From: a virus
Direction: 5' to 3' (one strand)
Length of the DNA: 64,000 nt
Virus record (IMG/VR): IMGVR_UViG_3300025660_000003
Coordinates: 1 to 64,000 of that record
This document shows, piece after piece, positions 31,846 to 42,398 of this stretch. A program made the translations under genes and the position numbers. Position 1 is the first letter of the stretch, and every line of letters begins with the position of its first letter. The notes beneath the pieces are model-generated. The model did not search any database. It saw only the letters and a program-made list of their open reading frames with translations, and was not told where the DNA came from.

Positions 31846-34800
31846 ATGTCCATCAACGAGGTTATGAACTGGACCGTGAACTTGGAGGCCAACACCTCCC
31901 AGTTTATGAAGGACCTCAACGATGCCGCCAAGGGCATCAATGTCGAGTTCGACAACAAGGGCCTGGTCAAGAGCTTCGCCCGTGCGCAGGGCGACATCCA
32001 GAAGCTCCTCTCGGACACCGTGTCGGCGGGTGCCACGGCGGGCTTCTCCAACGCGAACATCAAGGGCCTGAAGAACAAGCTGAAGCCCATCAGCGAAGAG
32101 ATCGAGACATCCCTCAAGAGCATCTTCGACCTCCAGGTGAAGGGTTCAACGGAGGCCGCGAAAAACTGGAGCCAGGCCGCCAAGGACATCCACGCCAAGG
32201 CCATCGAGACAGAGCGGATGAAGATGAATGAGGCGGAACGCCGCTTCAAGCTGGAGAAGAAGAGCACCGACCGGCTCATCAAGCGTCGCGCGACCGCTCG
32301 TCAGGATGCTGACCGTCTGGAAGACCGGAACGCGAGTGAGCGGGCCAAGGACTGGATGGAGTCCATCGGCGGGTCCTTCGCCAAGCTCAAGAGCGGGGAC
32401 CTGGCGGGGGTGCTGTCGGGTGCGGGCAAGGGTGCGACCGCTCGTGGCGTCGGGATGCAGGACAAGGCAGCGGCGGCGGGCGAGGCCGGTGGGATGATGG
32501 GCAAGATGGGCGGCCTCATGGCCAAGATCGGCCCCATCATCGCGGGCATCGGGGCGGTCGTTGGTGGCTTCGCGGCCTTGGCTGCGGTGGTGATGCTGGT
32601 GGATGCAGCCGTGAAGGGGCTGAACAAGACCATGCTGGACAGCGGGGTGGCTGGTGCCGACATGGCGAGCCAGTTCAACCAGCTCGGCGACACGATGGAC
32701 AACATCCGAAAGTCGGCCACTAGGTCGTTCGGGTTCAACCAGATCTGGGGTGTGTCCGGCAAGGACCACCTGGAGATCCTCGGGGCCTTCAACGCGGCGG
32801 GCCAGACCATCCACGAGATGGGCACCGAGATGGACCGGCTGCGGCAGTACACGCAGGCGGCCCTGACCTACAGCAAGCTCCTGGGGCTGAGCACGCAGGA
32901 GGTCAGCTCATCCATGGCCTCCTACATGGAGGAGCTGGGGCTGACCCTTCAGGGCGTCCAGGGTCGCTTCTCCAACATCACGTCGGCGGCCAAGGAGAGC
33001 GGCTTCGGGGTCAAGCGATTCTTCAATATGGTCCTCCAGGCCACGTCGGGGATGTCGATGTACAACGTCCGGCTCGAAGAGGCCGCCGGACTACTCATCC
33101 AGCTCGGGGACATCCTGGGCGAGAAGATGGGCGGGGACTTCCTTCAGACCTTGACGCAGGGGTTCAAGCAGGAGGGCACGCAGGACCGCATCAAGAAGAC
33201 GATGACGACGGGTGTGGACCTGTCGTCCCGCATCCTCCGCAAGGACGCGGTGTACGCCGCCGAGGAGTTCCAGCGGAAGGTCGCTGAGCTGACCGAGGCG
33301 GAAGGTGGCCCGGCGGTGCAGGCTCTCCTCAAGGCGTCTGGTCTCGAAGGGCTGGAAGGTGAGGACTTCGCCAAGAAGGTCGGCAGCATGTCCCCGGATG
33401 ATCTTGCGCTGTTGCAGGAGAAGCTGCGACAGACCGGATCGGCGGGTGCTGGCCTCTCTCGGTCGCTGCGGGATGTGGGGAGCCTCGGCAAGTCCTTCAA
33501 GGGTGGTCTGGCGGGGACACAGGCAGCCCGTAGCTCCGCTGGAGCTGGCGCGACCCTGTTCCTCAAGCTCAACGAGATGAACCGCCTGCTCGGGCCTTTG
33601 CAGGACATCGACATGTCCTCTGAGGCAGGCATGAGGCAGATGATGGCCTTTGAGCAGCAGACGGGCATCTCTGGCGAGGAGGCCATGAAGCTGTCGGAGA
33701 CTGGCAAGGCGATGGAGGCGAAGTTCCAGCTCATGCAGGAGGCACAGGGCGGGACTGCTGCTGACCGGGCTGCCTTCAACGATGCGGCGGGCAAGGAGTT
33801 CGGCATCGCCCTGGACGAGGCGACGGGCAAGGCGTTCCGGCAGGACGCCGATGGCAACCGGGTCGGCAGCGAGATCAAGAATCTGGAGGACTTCTTCATC
33901 GGCATCGGGTCGAACCTGATCGGCTGGGAGCCGTCCCAGATCGCTGAGGACATCCTGCTGGCTCAGGAGATCGCCAGCAACACCACGGACATCGCCAGCA
34001 TCCTCGAACGTGGGATCGAGTGGCTGCTGACCGGCATTTACGACACCGTGAAAATCATCGCGGGATTCATGGGGGCGGGGCTCGACAAGTCGGAGAAGGC
34101 CGCGAAGTCGGAGGCTATCGAAATCCTGTCGGAGCAGGCGAATGCCGCTGCTGATCAGGTGCGGGCGTACCAGAAGGAGATCGACGCGCTGAAGGACAAG
34201 CGCAGGACAGCGGACTCATCTGAGTACGCCGGGATCGACGCTGAGATCGCGGGCAAGGAGGGCTTGCGGGATGACGCGGGCATCGGGGCGTCATCTTTGA
34301 GGCGGCAGCTCCGGTCAGTCCAGCGGATCAACGACAAGAAGGGCTTTTTCGACTGGGACAAGGCGTCCGACTTCACGGGCAATGCCGACCGAATGGATGC
34401 TCCGGGGCGACGAGCGGACTACGAGAAGACTTACGGGGAGGGCTGGGAGGACAAGTACGTCGAGGAGCTGCGCAGGCTGGCTGTGGCAGCCGACCCCTCG
34501 CTGGGTGACCAGACCACTGACATCCTCGGGTACGAATCGGATGCGATGTTCGATGCGATGAATGCCATTGACCCCGAGTGGGTTGGTAGCGGGGAAAACG
34601 TGGCGGCTCGCTGGATGGACGATGACAGGGCCGTGGACTGGGACGAGCTGGAGGCAGAGGCAAGGGCAGCCGATGACCAGCGGACTGGTGACCAGACCAC
34701 TGACCTAGAAGCCGCCTTCGACAAGCAGACCGACGATCTGGACAGGTCTGCTGATGAGCGTGAGCGGGATGCACTCCAGCAGCAGGTGGCAGGGCTCATC

Positions 34801-35199
34801 AACGAGTCTGGCTTCAAGGGTGATGTGGACAGGGCTGCGGCGGGCATCCTCGGGGGCAACCCCGGCAGCGTCGCGATGGGTGCCGAGATGCCGGGCGGCG
34901 GGACGCTCTTCGATGCCCTGGCCGCCATCGGTGATCAGGATGTGATGCGGGCGGCTTTGAGGGGCAACAGGCCCGCCAACGACTTCCTCATGCAGATCGG
35001 GGCTGGTGGCCGGGTGAAGTTCGCCCAGCGCATCAACTCAGCCGACACCGTGACGGCGACGGCATCGAAGCCCGGCGGCCCAATTCAGTCGTCCGGTCGG
35101 AAGGGCTCCGGTGGTTCGACGGTCGTGATCAACAGCTTCGGCAACGCTGCCGAAGTCGTGCGGGGCATCCAGGCGGCCGTGGCGGCGGGGGTCGTGTAA
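31846..35199 (+). CDS. Tape measure protein
   Basis: 1117 aa, Ala/Gly/Leu-rich helical, hydrophobic stretch IIAGIGAVVGGFAALAAVVMLV; canonical position. Confidence 0.85.
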   Translation: MSINEVMNWTVNLEANTSQFMKDLNDAAKGINVEFDNKGLVKSFARAQGDIQKLLSDTVSAGATAGFSNANIKGLKNKLKPISEEIETSLKSIFDLQVKGSTEAAKNWSQAAKDIHAKAIETERMKMNEAERRFKLEKKSTDRLIKRRATARQDADRLEDRNASERAKDWMESIGGSFAKLKSGDLAGVLSGAGKGATARGVGMQDKAAAAGEAGGMMGKMGGLMAKIGPIIAGIGAVVGGFAALAAVVMLVDAAVKGLNKTMLDSGVAGADMASQFNQLGDTMDNIRKSATRSFGFNQIWGVSGKDHLEILGAFNAAGQTIHEMGTEMDRLRQYTQAALTYSKLLGLSTQEVSSSMASYMEELGLTLQGVQGRFSNITSAAKESGFGVKRFFNMVLQATSGMSMYNVRLEEAAGLLIQLGDILGEKMGGDFLQTLTQGFKQEGTQDRIKKTMTTGVDLSSRILRKDAVYAAEEFQRKVAELTEAEGGPAVQALLKASGLEGLEGEDFAKKVGSMSPDDLALLQEKLRQTGSAGAGLSRSLRDVGSLGKSFKGGLAGTQAARSSAGAGATLFLKLNEMNRLLGPLQDIDMSSEAGMRQMMAFEQQTGISGEEAMKLSETGKAMEAKFQLMQEAQGGTAADRAAFNDAAGKEFGIALDEATGKAFRQDADGNRVGSEIKNLEDFFIGIGSNLIGWEPSQIAEDILLAQEIASNTTDIASILERGIEWLLTGIYDTVKIIAGFMGAGLDKSEKAAKSEAIEILSEQANAAADQVRAYQKEIDALKDKRRTADSSEYAGIDAEIAGKEGLRDDAGIGASSLRRQLRSVQRINDKKGFFDWDKASDFTGNADRMDAPGRRADYEKTYGEGWEDKYVEELRRLAVAADPSLGDQTTDILGYESDAMFDAMNAIDPEWVGSGENVAARWMDDDRAVDWDELEAEARAADDQRTGDQTTDLEAAFDKQTDDLDRSADERERDALQQQVAGLINESGFKGDVDRAAAGILGGNPGSVAMGAEMPGGGTLFDALAAIGDQDVMRAALRGNRPANDFLMQIGAGGRVKFAQRINSADTVTATASKPGGPIQSSGRKGSGGSTVVINSFGNAAEVVRGIQAAVAAGVV

Positions 35200-35202
35200 C
35201 CC

Positions 35203-35826
35203 ATGCCACGGGACAACACCCCGGTCTTCAAGAGCGCCTTCGTCTCGGCTGAAGATGAGTTCAGCGGGCTCGGGGTGCGTCCGGTGGTGTTCGACATCCT
35301 CGGCCCGGACCTGGCGACCAGCATTCTTCCGCCCGACCTGCGGATGGTGCTGCACGTCAACCCCTCGTCGATGTCCCCGCAGTACAGCAAGCAGACCGAG
35401 CGCATCCAGACCAAGGGCGGCTTCGTCGAGCAGCACTGGGGCGAGGCGGCGAGGTCCATCAACTTCAACATGGCCACCGGGGGGTTCAAGCGGCTCTACA
35501 GCGGCCTGTCGAACGTCACGGGCGGCGGGCACGACACAGAGGGCACCCGCCGGGAGACTATCGCCTACGACAAGTACCTGGACCTCCTGGCCCTCTTCCA
35601 CAACAACGGGAGCATCTACGACGCCTCCGGGCAGATCGCCTTCCAGGGCATCCTCAAGGTCACGTTCGACGGCGGCATCTACCTCGGCTGGTTCGCCTCG
35701 TTCAACGTCCAGGAGGATGCTGAGAAGCCCTATCAGTTCGACCTGACCGCTGAGTTCACCGTGGCCCACGAAGTCCTGCGGCTGCGGACGACCCTCTCCA
35801 CGGCCAACCCCGGCGTAGGGAGCTGA
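35203..35826 (+). CDS. Tail tube initiator / baseplate protein, paralog A
   Basis: LHVNPSSM...QTKGGFVEQHWGE...YLGWFASF...FTV; follows the TMP. Confidence 0.7.
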   Translation: MPRDNTPVFKSAFVSAEDEFSGLGVRPVVFDILGPDLATSILPPDLRMVLHVNPSSMSPQYSKQTERIQTKGGFVEQHWGEAARSINFNMATGGFKRLYSGLSNVTGGGHDTEGTRRETIAYDKYLDLLALFHNNGSIYDASGQIAFQGILKVTFDGGIYLGWFASFNVQEDAEKPYQFDLTAEFTVAHEVLRLRTTLSTANPGVGS

Positions 35827-35828
35827 TC

Positions 35829-37193
35829 ATGGCGAAGCCCATCCTCGGCAGCCTCCAGGTCGGAGCAGCGACCCGCTTCGCCAGCAACGGGCAGCCCGTC
35901 GCCAACAGCGGGTACGCCCCGGATGTCACCCAGGCGCAGTTGGAGTCGCCTCCGGCTCCTGGGGAGTACGCAGGGCTGAAGTCCGGGCCTGAGTTCGGCA
36001 TCGAGTACGAGGCCAACCAGACCACGCCCATCGACGGCAGCAAGGACCTGCTCCGGGTCCTCTCGCCCTTTATGATCCAGGTCGAGCCGCCCCTCATCAC
36101 GGGCAGCTCCCCGAACGTGCAGGGTGGCAAGAAGGACTACGCGGGCATCTACGGCGGGGGCCACAGCGGAGCCCCTGGAGCGTTCAACGCGGCCCGGAAC
36201 CGGATCATCCAGGACCTCCCCGGCGGGGAGCAGATGTCCAACGCGGGGTCCGTGGACAACTACGTCGCTGGTGGGCTCCAGCGACGGGGTGCTGGTGGTG
36301 ACTCAGAGCGAACTATCGACGTGAAGGGCGAGGGGCCGACTCGTCTGGGTGCCCCTGCCATTGCCGACCTCTACACGGCGGTGGACATCACGATGCAGCT
36401 CCGGGCGCTGGTGAACACGCCCCCGCTCATCCTGCTCATCAACCCGCAGTCGCTCTCGATGAACTACACGAAGATCCAGCAGTTCAGCGACCGGACGCGC
36501 TACGGCTTCGTGTTCCAGGCATGGGGCGAGGAGCAGCCGAAGCTGACGATCTCGGCGAAGTGCGGTGCCTTCATCACCAGCGGCAAGGGCGTCCAGTGGG
36601 CCAGCCGTAGGGACTCCGCTGCGTGGCAGAACCTCGCGACGGCGTTCCAGTTCTACCGGCACAACGGGTACATCTACGACACCGTGGGCAAGTCGAACGC
36701 GCACCACATGGTCGGGGCGCTCTCCATCCACTACGACGGGTGGGTCTACTACGGGAACATGGAGTCCTTCTCCTACGCCTTCGAGGAGGAGACACAGCTC
36801 GGCGGTATCGTCTTTGAGATGGAGTTCACCGTGAACGCGATGGTGGACACCACCAAGCAGTCGGTCGTCGTCACCCCGATGCGGTCCCCGACCCCCTCGC
36901 GCTCTGACCCCCGCTACCAGGGCTTCGAGAACCGGGCTCTCCCCAGCCCCGGCGATGTCTCTGTCGGCCAGGGGTCGGGCGTCCACCTGGGCGGGCACGA
37001 CTTCTACTCCCTCAACGGTGTCGAACGCCCGTCTGACGTGGCTCCTGACGGCACGACATCAGCCGCCATCACCGGGGCCTCCGGTGGCCAGTCAGCTCCG
37101 AAGTCCTCCGGCGGTTTCCAGTCGGCTACGGCTGTGGAGGTCGCGGACGCTCCGGCCGCACGGCCCCCGACGCCCTTTGGCGTGAGGCGGTAG
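35829..37193 (+). CDS. Tail tube initiator / baseplate protein, paralog B
   Basis: LLINPQSL...RTRYGFVFQAWGE...YYGNMESF...FTV aligns by eye with paralog A. Confidence 0.7.
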   Translation: MAKPILGSLQVGAATRFASNGQPVANSGYAPDVTQAQLESPPAPGEYAGLKSGPEFGIEYEANQTTPIDGSKDLLRVLSPFMIQVEPPLITGSSPNVQGGKKDYAGIYGGGHSGAPGAFNAARNRIIQDLPGGEQMSNAGSVDNYVAGGLQRRGAGGDSERTIDVKGEGPTRLGAPAIADLYTAVDITMQLRALVNTPPLILLINPQSLSMNYTKIQQFSDRTRYGFVFQAWGEEQPKLTISAKCGAFITSGKGVQWASRRDSAAWQNLATAFQFYRHNGYIYDTVGKSNAHHMVGALSIHYDGWVYYGNMESFSYAFEEETQLGGIVFEMEFTVNAMVDTTKQSVVVTPMRSPTPSRSDPRYQGFENRALPSPGDVSVGQGSGVHLGGHDFYSLNGVERPSDVAPDGTTSAAITGASGGQSAPKSSGGFQSATAVEVADAPAARPPTPFGVRR

Positions 37194-37196
37194 ACC

Positions 37197-40100
37197 ATGG
37201 GTCTCGAATCACGGCCATACGTCGGCACCTGGCGGCTCAACGGGCGGCAGCTCATCCAGCACACGCCGGATGCGCTGGTCTACGTCAACGGGGAGACATC
37301 GCTCCCCGGCTGCTCGAAGTGCAGTGGCCGCATCGACATCCAGCGATTCTTGACCGAGGTGTCGGTGGACGCGGGCACGGAGCCGGGTTCGGCCTCTGCC
37401 AGCTTCTCGCTCGCCATCCCGCGACACCACAACGAGTCGTTCGCCCGGGACGCGAAGTTCCTGCTCCGGCCCGGCCTCGAAATCCACGTCTACATGCGGG
37501 GCTACTTCCCCGTGGCGGGCCTCTACAACAACCTGGCCGAGGGCAAGGTGCAGAACGAGATCACGTCGCTGGGGGACGTGACCCCGGCCATGATCGAGGC
37601 AGAGCAGCTCCCCGACCCTGCATCGCCGGGCACCTACGGGGTGGACGACATCCTCGGTGGGGCCGATGTGGACGCTGAGACCAGAGCGAACGCGGCAACC
37701 ACGGCAGCGATGATGAACACGCTGGAGTCGTACCTCCAGCAGCGGTACCCCGGAGCGAAGCTCTCCGTGAACTCGGCCTACACCCCGGCGAGGCCCCAGG
37801 GAGGGCACGCCGACAAGAGCCAGCACTACCAGGGCAGCGCGGTGGACATCCAGGCCACCTCCGATGCAGGGCCAATCTCGTCCCCGGACATCTGGCGGTC
37901 GGTCGAGAAGCTCCGTGAGACGGGCCACCTCCCACGGGGAGGCACCGGGGCCTACGTCTACGACGGGAGTACCCCGGACAACCCCCTGTGGGCCGGGTAC
38001 GTCCACATGGACCACCGGGGCAGGAGCGCCTGGTGGGTCCATGATCAGGCGACTCAAACGATGGTGCCTGACCCCGTTGCCTACAAGGGGGTGCTCCAGA
38101 CAGGGCTCGGTGGCTTGCCGGAGCCGAACAGCACCGTGCAGGGCTACGACGCCTCTGAGCCGCCCCCGGCTGTCGCCCCGCCTGCGACGACAGCGGGAAT
38201 CCAGGAGCCGGTGACCCTGGCCACGACAGCTCAGGTGGGGCCGTCATTGCTGGAAGAGCAGGGGCTCGCCGGGCTGGGCATCGAGGACACGCTGGCCTAC
38301 CCCTACTACCACGTGTTCCACGGGGTCATCACTGAGGTGAGCCACAGTGCTTCGGGTGGGGTGGGCAGCATCTCGGTGAGCTGCTCGTCGATGCTCCACT
38401 TCTGGCAGTACCAGAACATGAGCACCAACGCCTCGCTGTTCGGTGCGAGGCCCACGAACTCGAAGCTCAAGATGAGCCTCGTCGGCCACAACTTCACGGG
38501 GATGCACCCCTACCAGATCATGTACACGCTGCATCACGACATGGTCGGGGCAGCGGGTGGGGTCGGCTGGGCGCTCTCCAACAAGACCAACCAGACCGCC
38601 GTGAGCGAGGTGGGTGGCGAGTCCCTCTACTCGCTCAACATCCGGTACTGGCAAAAGCGGTTCTCCGGCAAGGCCATCCGGCTGCGGATGCACGGAGCCA
38701 CAGGCGACCTGTTCAGCACGATGGCCGCAGCCTGGCTGGGTCGCACGTCGTCGTCGAACATCATGTCTTTGATGCGGAAGCGGTACAGCACGGCGAAGCC
38801 GAGCGCGGTCAAGGGTGTGCTGGAGCGGGTCGGCCTCTACAACAGGAACAAGCGGGCAGCTCTGGATGCCCTGGAGGCTCTGGAGTTCGCAGACCAGAGC
38901 CACGGGGGGAACGTCGCGAACAAGCCCGACTTCGGGATCAACATCGTCGAGATGCAGGCGTTCGTGTCGAACATCGGCAACTGGGGCCAGGTCAACCTCT
39001 TCGAGTCGTCCTACGAGAGCAAGCTGGACGTGGCCCAGAAGGTCATGGAGATCACCGGCTTCGAGTTCTATCAGGACGTGGACGGCGACTTCGTTTTCAA
39101 GCCGCCGATGTGGAACCTCGATACGAGCGGGAGCCGCGTCTACCGCATCGAAGACATCGACATCATCAACATCGGCTACTCGGAGAAGGAGCCACAGGTC
39201 ACCTACATGACCTGCAAGGGCAGCCAGTTCAAGAACACCGCAGGGACGGGGCTGGAGAACGAGTGGGGCGTCCGGGGGCAGTACATCGACTACCGGCTGG
39301 TCGCGCAGTTCGGCTGGCGTCCGGGCAGCTACGAGACGGCCTACTTCAACGACTCCAAGAGCATGTTCTTCAGTGCGGTCAACCGCATGGACGTGCTCAA
39401 CATCGGCATCAACTCGGCCAACGTGACCATCCCGGTGCGGCCGGAGATCCGCCCTGGCTTCCCCGTCTACGTCGTCTACATGGACGCCTTCTACTACTGC
39501 AACAGCTTCGCCCACAGCCACGCGGTCGGCGGGCAATGCACCACGAGCCTCCAGCTCGTCGGCAAGCGGGCGAAGTTCTATCCGCCGGGCCGCCCCGGGT
39601 CAGGGGGCGCTGGGTTCCTGGCCGACGTGGACCTGGGCAACACCATCCTGCCGCAGCGACCCATCCAGGTGCTCTCCCCCGATGGGACTCCGAAGCTCTC
39701 CGGGTTCCCGAACGTGGTCATGGCCCTCGACCCCACGGCCATCAACCCGTTGTTCTTCGTCGTCGGCAACGACATGGCGGACATCAGCGACGTGCGGGTC
39801 ATCAAGTACCTGCTGAAGTTCGGTGAGGAGGACGGGCGCATCTTCGACAGCGTGAAGACGCTGGAGAACGGCGGCAAGGTCTACACGATGACCACGGGCC
39901 AGAAGACCGGAGCTGGTGAGGACTCGCAGCCCATCACCGTCCGCTTCTACTTCCAGGAGGACGACTTCAAGGGCACGGCCTCTGTGCCGCAGAGCGGGGA
40001 CCCCAACGCGGAGCAGCCGTTCAACATCATTGCGGAGGCCATCAACTACGAGCGGCTGGTGGCCGAGGCCACGGTTGCGCAGGAGAAGGACCAGGAGGCG

Positions 40101-42398
40101 GTAGACCGTATCAAGTACGACATCATCACCATGCAGTCGGAGAAGGCGAACCTGCAACAGTCGGCGGATAGCAACACCGACCAGGTGCAGGCCAAGCTGG
40201 AGACCTTGTCGGCTGATGTGGCGGTGCTGGAGGACGAACTTCGGGCCAAGGTCGCTCAGTTCAACCTGGCGAAGAACATCATCCAGGAGAGCTGGAAGGA
40301 CCCCAGCAACCCCAAGGCTCGCGGCGTCGCATTCCTGCTGGAGATGCTCGACCAGGTGGGGGCCGCCTACCGGACCTCCGATGACTTCCAGGGTCGGGGT
40401 GACCTCGGCAGCGCGACCGCCCTGCTCGACATGCTCTCCGACAAGAAGGCCATCTTCTCCAACGGCTCCCAGCCCGGCAGCTACCGCTACTACTCGGCCT
40501 CGCACCCCGACAAGGAGCACCAGGGGCCGAGCGTCATCGAGTACGTCTCTGACGTGAAGGGAAAGACACAGGAGTCGGCCCCGGCCAAGATCGACGGGGC
40601 CATCCCCACCATCAAGATGTTCTCACCCCACCCCACGGCACCGTTCGAGGGGGCCATCGTCCCAGAAGCGGAGCTGGTGGATGGCCAGCCGGAGGTCGGC
40701 ATCAGGGTGCTGGATGGCAGCGGGAAGGAAGGTGGGGTCTCTCTCGCTACCAGCGACATCATGGAGCTGATGTTCTCGGTCCAGGTCGTCACGGTGGTCA
40801 AGAGCGTCACCACGAACTTCCGCACCACCAACATCGGCAGCCTCGGTCCGGCGGCACGGGCGAAGATCAGCGCACAGCTCGCTCCGGTATCGGCTGCGGC
40901 TCTCACCGCGACCATCGCGGACATCTTCGAGCCCCAGTGGGACTCCCTGAAGGCCAAGGTCACTCAGGGCATCACGGCCATGAAGGCGAAGGCCACCGAG
41001 GGTGGCTGGAACGTCGGGACGGTTCTGGCTCCAGCCTTTCCCGCCACGGTCGTGCTCTACAAGCAGTCCGTGTCCACGGGCACCAGCGGGGGCGATGACC
41101 TGTTCGGTGACGCCACGCTGGCGGACCTCATCTTTGCCGACAACCCCGATGGGACCATCGACCTGGGGCCAAAGGGTGCGCAGGCCACGCAGTTCGACCT
41201 CCTGAGCCACGCAGGGGCAAAGCTGGGGTCCGACTTCTATCGGAAGCTGGAGACCATCCGCCGAACAGCCGCCACGGCCCTCAAGGCGGCCGGTGCCAAG
41301 GGGCCAGAGTCGGATGAAGTGATCGGCGTGTTCAACACCGCTCTCGGGGCCGTCATCGGCACGTCGGTGGCCCCCAGCAACACCCGCAAGGGTCGGGAGA
41401 CCCAGCGGAAGACAACGACTACTTCCAGCCCGGTCTTCCCGGTGTCCGACGCCCGTGGCTACGAGGTCATCGGGTCGTACCGCTACGGACGCGAGGTGAG
41501 CATCGAGCCGGAGGGGGTGTTCGACCAGCTCCACAAGACCGACCTGTTCAGCCTCCTCGACAAGACGCTGGTGGAGCAGATCCTTCGGTCCTTCGTCCAG
41601 GGTCAGAGCATCGCCACTCCGTCTCCATCGCCGGTCCAGGTCGGGGACAAGACGGTGACTCGCCCCGTGGGCAACGGTGAGATGAGTGTCCAGAGCGGAG
41701 CTGCCACCTCCCGCTACCTCAACGACGAGGTGGTTCGCCAGCTCCGGTCGAAGAACCTGACCGACAAGCAGATCCTGGACTACGGCTTCCTCCTGGACGG
41801 CGGCGAGTCGAACCAGCTCCAGTTCAGCCTGGCGAACATCTTCACGGAGCAGAACCTCGACGGCATCCAGAAGATCCCGGTCATCAACGCGGCCTACTCG
41901 CTTGCCGACATGGACCTCCAGCAGGGCGGGCACATCTGCGACTGCAAGGCCGCAGAGGCGGACGTTCACATCCTCGCGTTCGGCCAGGAGCAGTTCCTTT
42001 CCTTCTCCCAGGCAGGCTCTCCGGCCCATGAGGGGCTCGGGGATGACCCGGCGGATGCTGGCACCCGATGGGTGGCCATGACGGCAGCTCAGGCGTCTGT
42101 GTCGTGGCAGCAGCAGCAGGAGGCTCTGCGGGGCCAGGTGCTCGACAGAGGCGGGAGCCACATCGTCAAGCAGGTCGTGGAGACCCTCGGCATCGACACG
42201 GGGCCGAGCGGCAACGACTTCACGGAGACCCTGGGCATCGAAGGTCTGGAGCCCGGCATCAGGACGAGCGTGTTCGAGAAGACCAACGCCGAGGCACAGC
42301 GCAACTTCACGGATGAGGATGGGCCTCTCCAGGAGGCCATCCGGGAGGCAGAGCAGAACGGCCTCAACCTGACGACGCCGCCAGGGGGTGACCAGTGA
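37197..42398 (+). CDS. Baseplate hub (gp27/gpD-like) with inserted M15-family Zn peptidase domain
   Basis: Hub motifs FEFYQDVDGDFVFKPP, QFGWR, RPEIRPGFPV; insert SQHYQGSAVD...YVHMDHRG; 1733 aa. Confidence 0.8.
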   Translation: MGLESRPYVGTWRLNGRQLIQHTPDALVYVNGETSLPGCSKCSGRIDIQRFLTEVSVDAGTEPGSASASFSLAIPRHHNESFARDAKFLLRPGLEIHVYMRGYFPVAGLYNNLAEGKVQNEITSLGDVTPAMIEAEQLPDPASPGTYGVDDILGGADVDAETRANAATTAAMMNTLESYLQQRYPGAKLSVNSAYTPARPQGGHADKSQHYQGSAVDIQATSDAGPISSPDIWRSVEKLRETGHLPRGGTGAYVYDGSTPDNPLWAGYVHMDHRGRSAWWVHDQATQTMVPDPVAYKGVLQTGLGGLPEPNSTVQGYDASEPPPAVAPPATTAGIQEPVTLATTAQVGPSLLEEQGLAGLGIEDTLAYPYYHVFHGVITEVSHSASGGVGSISVSCSSMLHFWQYQNMSTNASLFGARPTNSKLKMSLVGHNFTGMHPYQIMYTLHHDMVGAAGGVGWALSNKTNQTAVSEVGGESLYSLNIRYWQKRFSGKAIRLRMHGATGDLFSTMAAAWLGRTSSSNIMSLMRKRYSTAKPSAVKGVLERVGLYNRNKRAALDALEALEFADQSHGGNVANKPDFGINIVEMQAFVSNIGNWGQVNLFESSYESKLDVAQKVMEITGFEFYQDVDGDFVFKPPMWNLDTSGSRVYRIEDIDIINIGYSEKEPQVTYMTCKGSQFKNTAGTGLENEWGVRGQYIDYRLVAQFGWRPGSYETAYFNDSKSMFFSAVNRMDVLNIGINSANVTIPVRPEIRPGFPVYVVYMDAFYYCNSFAHSHAVGGQCTTSLQLVGKRAKFYPPGRPGSGGAGFLADVDLGNTILPQRPIQVLSPDGTPKLSGFPNVVMALDPTAINPLFFVVGNDMADISDVRVIKYLLKFGEEDGRIFDSVKTLENGGKVYTMTTGQKTGAGEDSQPITVRFYFQEDDFKGTASVPQSGDPNAEQPFNIIAEAINYERLVAEATVAQEKDQEAVDRIKYDIITMQSEKANLQQSADSNTDQVQAKLETLSADVAVLEDELRAKVAQFNLAKNIIQESWKDPSNPKARGVAFLLEMLDQVGAAYRTSDDFQGRGDLGSATALLDMLSDKKAIFSNGSQPGSYRYYSASHPDKEHQGPSVIEYVSDVKGKTQESAPAKIDGAIPTIKMFSPHPTAPFEGAIVPEAELVDGQPEVGIRVLDGSGKEGGVSLATSDIMELMFSVQVVTVVKSVTTNFRTTNIGSLGPAARAKISAQLAPVSAAALTATIADIFEPQWDSLKAKVTQGITAMKAKATEGGWNVGTVLAPAFPATVVLYKQSVSTGTSGGDDLFGDATLADLIFADNPDGTIDLGPKGAQATQFDLLSHAGAKLGSDFYRKLETIRRTAATALKAAGAKGPESDEVIGVFNTALGAVIGTSVAPSNTRKGRETQRKTTTTSSPVFPVSDARGYEVIGSYRYGREVSIEPEGVFDQLHKTDLFSLLDKTLVEQILRSFVQGQSIATPSPSPVQVGDKTVTRPVGNGEMSVQSGAATSRYLNDEVVRQLRSKNLTDKQILDYGFLLDGGESNQLQFSLANIFTEQNLDGIQKIPVINAAYSLADMDLQQGGHICDCKAAEADVHILAFGQEQFLSFSQAGSPAHEGLGDDPADAGTRWVAMTAAQASVSWQQQQEALRGQVLDRGGSHIVKQVVETLGIDTGPSGNDFTETLGIEGLEPGIRTSVFEKTNAEAQRNFTDEDGPLQEAIREAEQNGLNLTTPPGGDQ

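Noticed and set aside
34504-34704. 18-bp direct repeat ggtgaccagaccactgac (34504-34521, 34687-34704) as att site or DGR repeat
   Set aside because: In-frame duplication of GDQTTD within the TMP; no recombinase or reverse transcriptase in the window and no adenine-specific variation.
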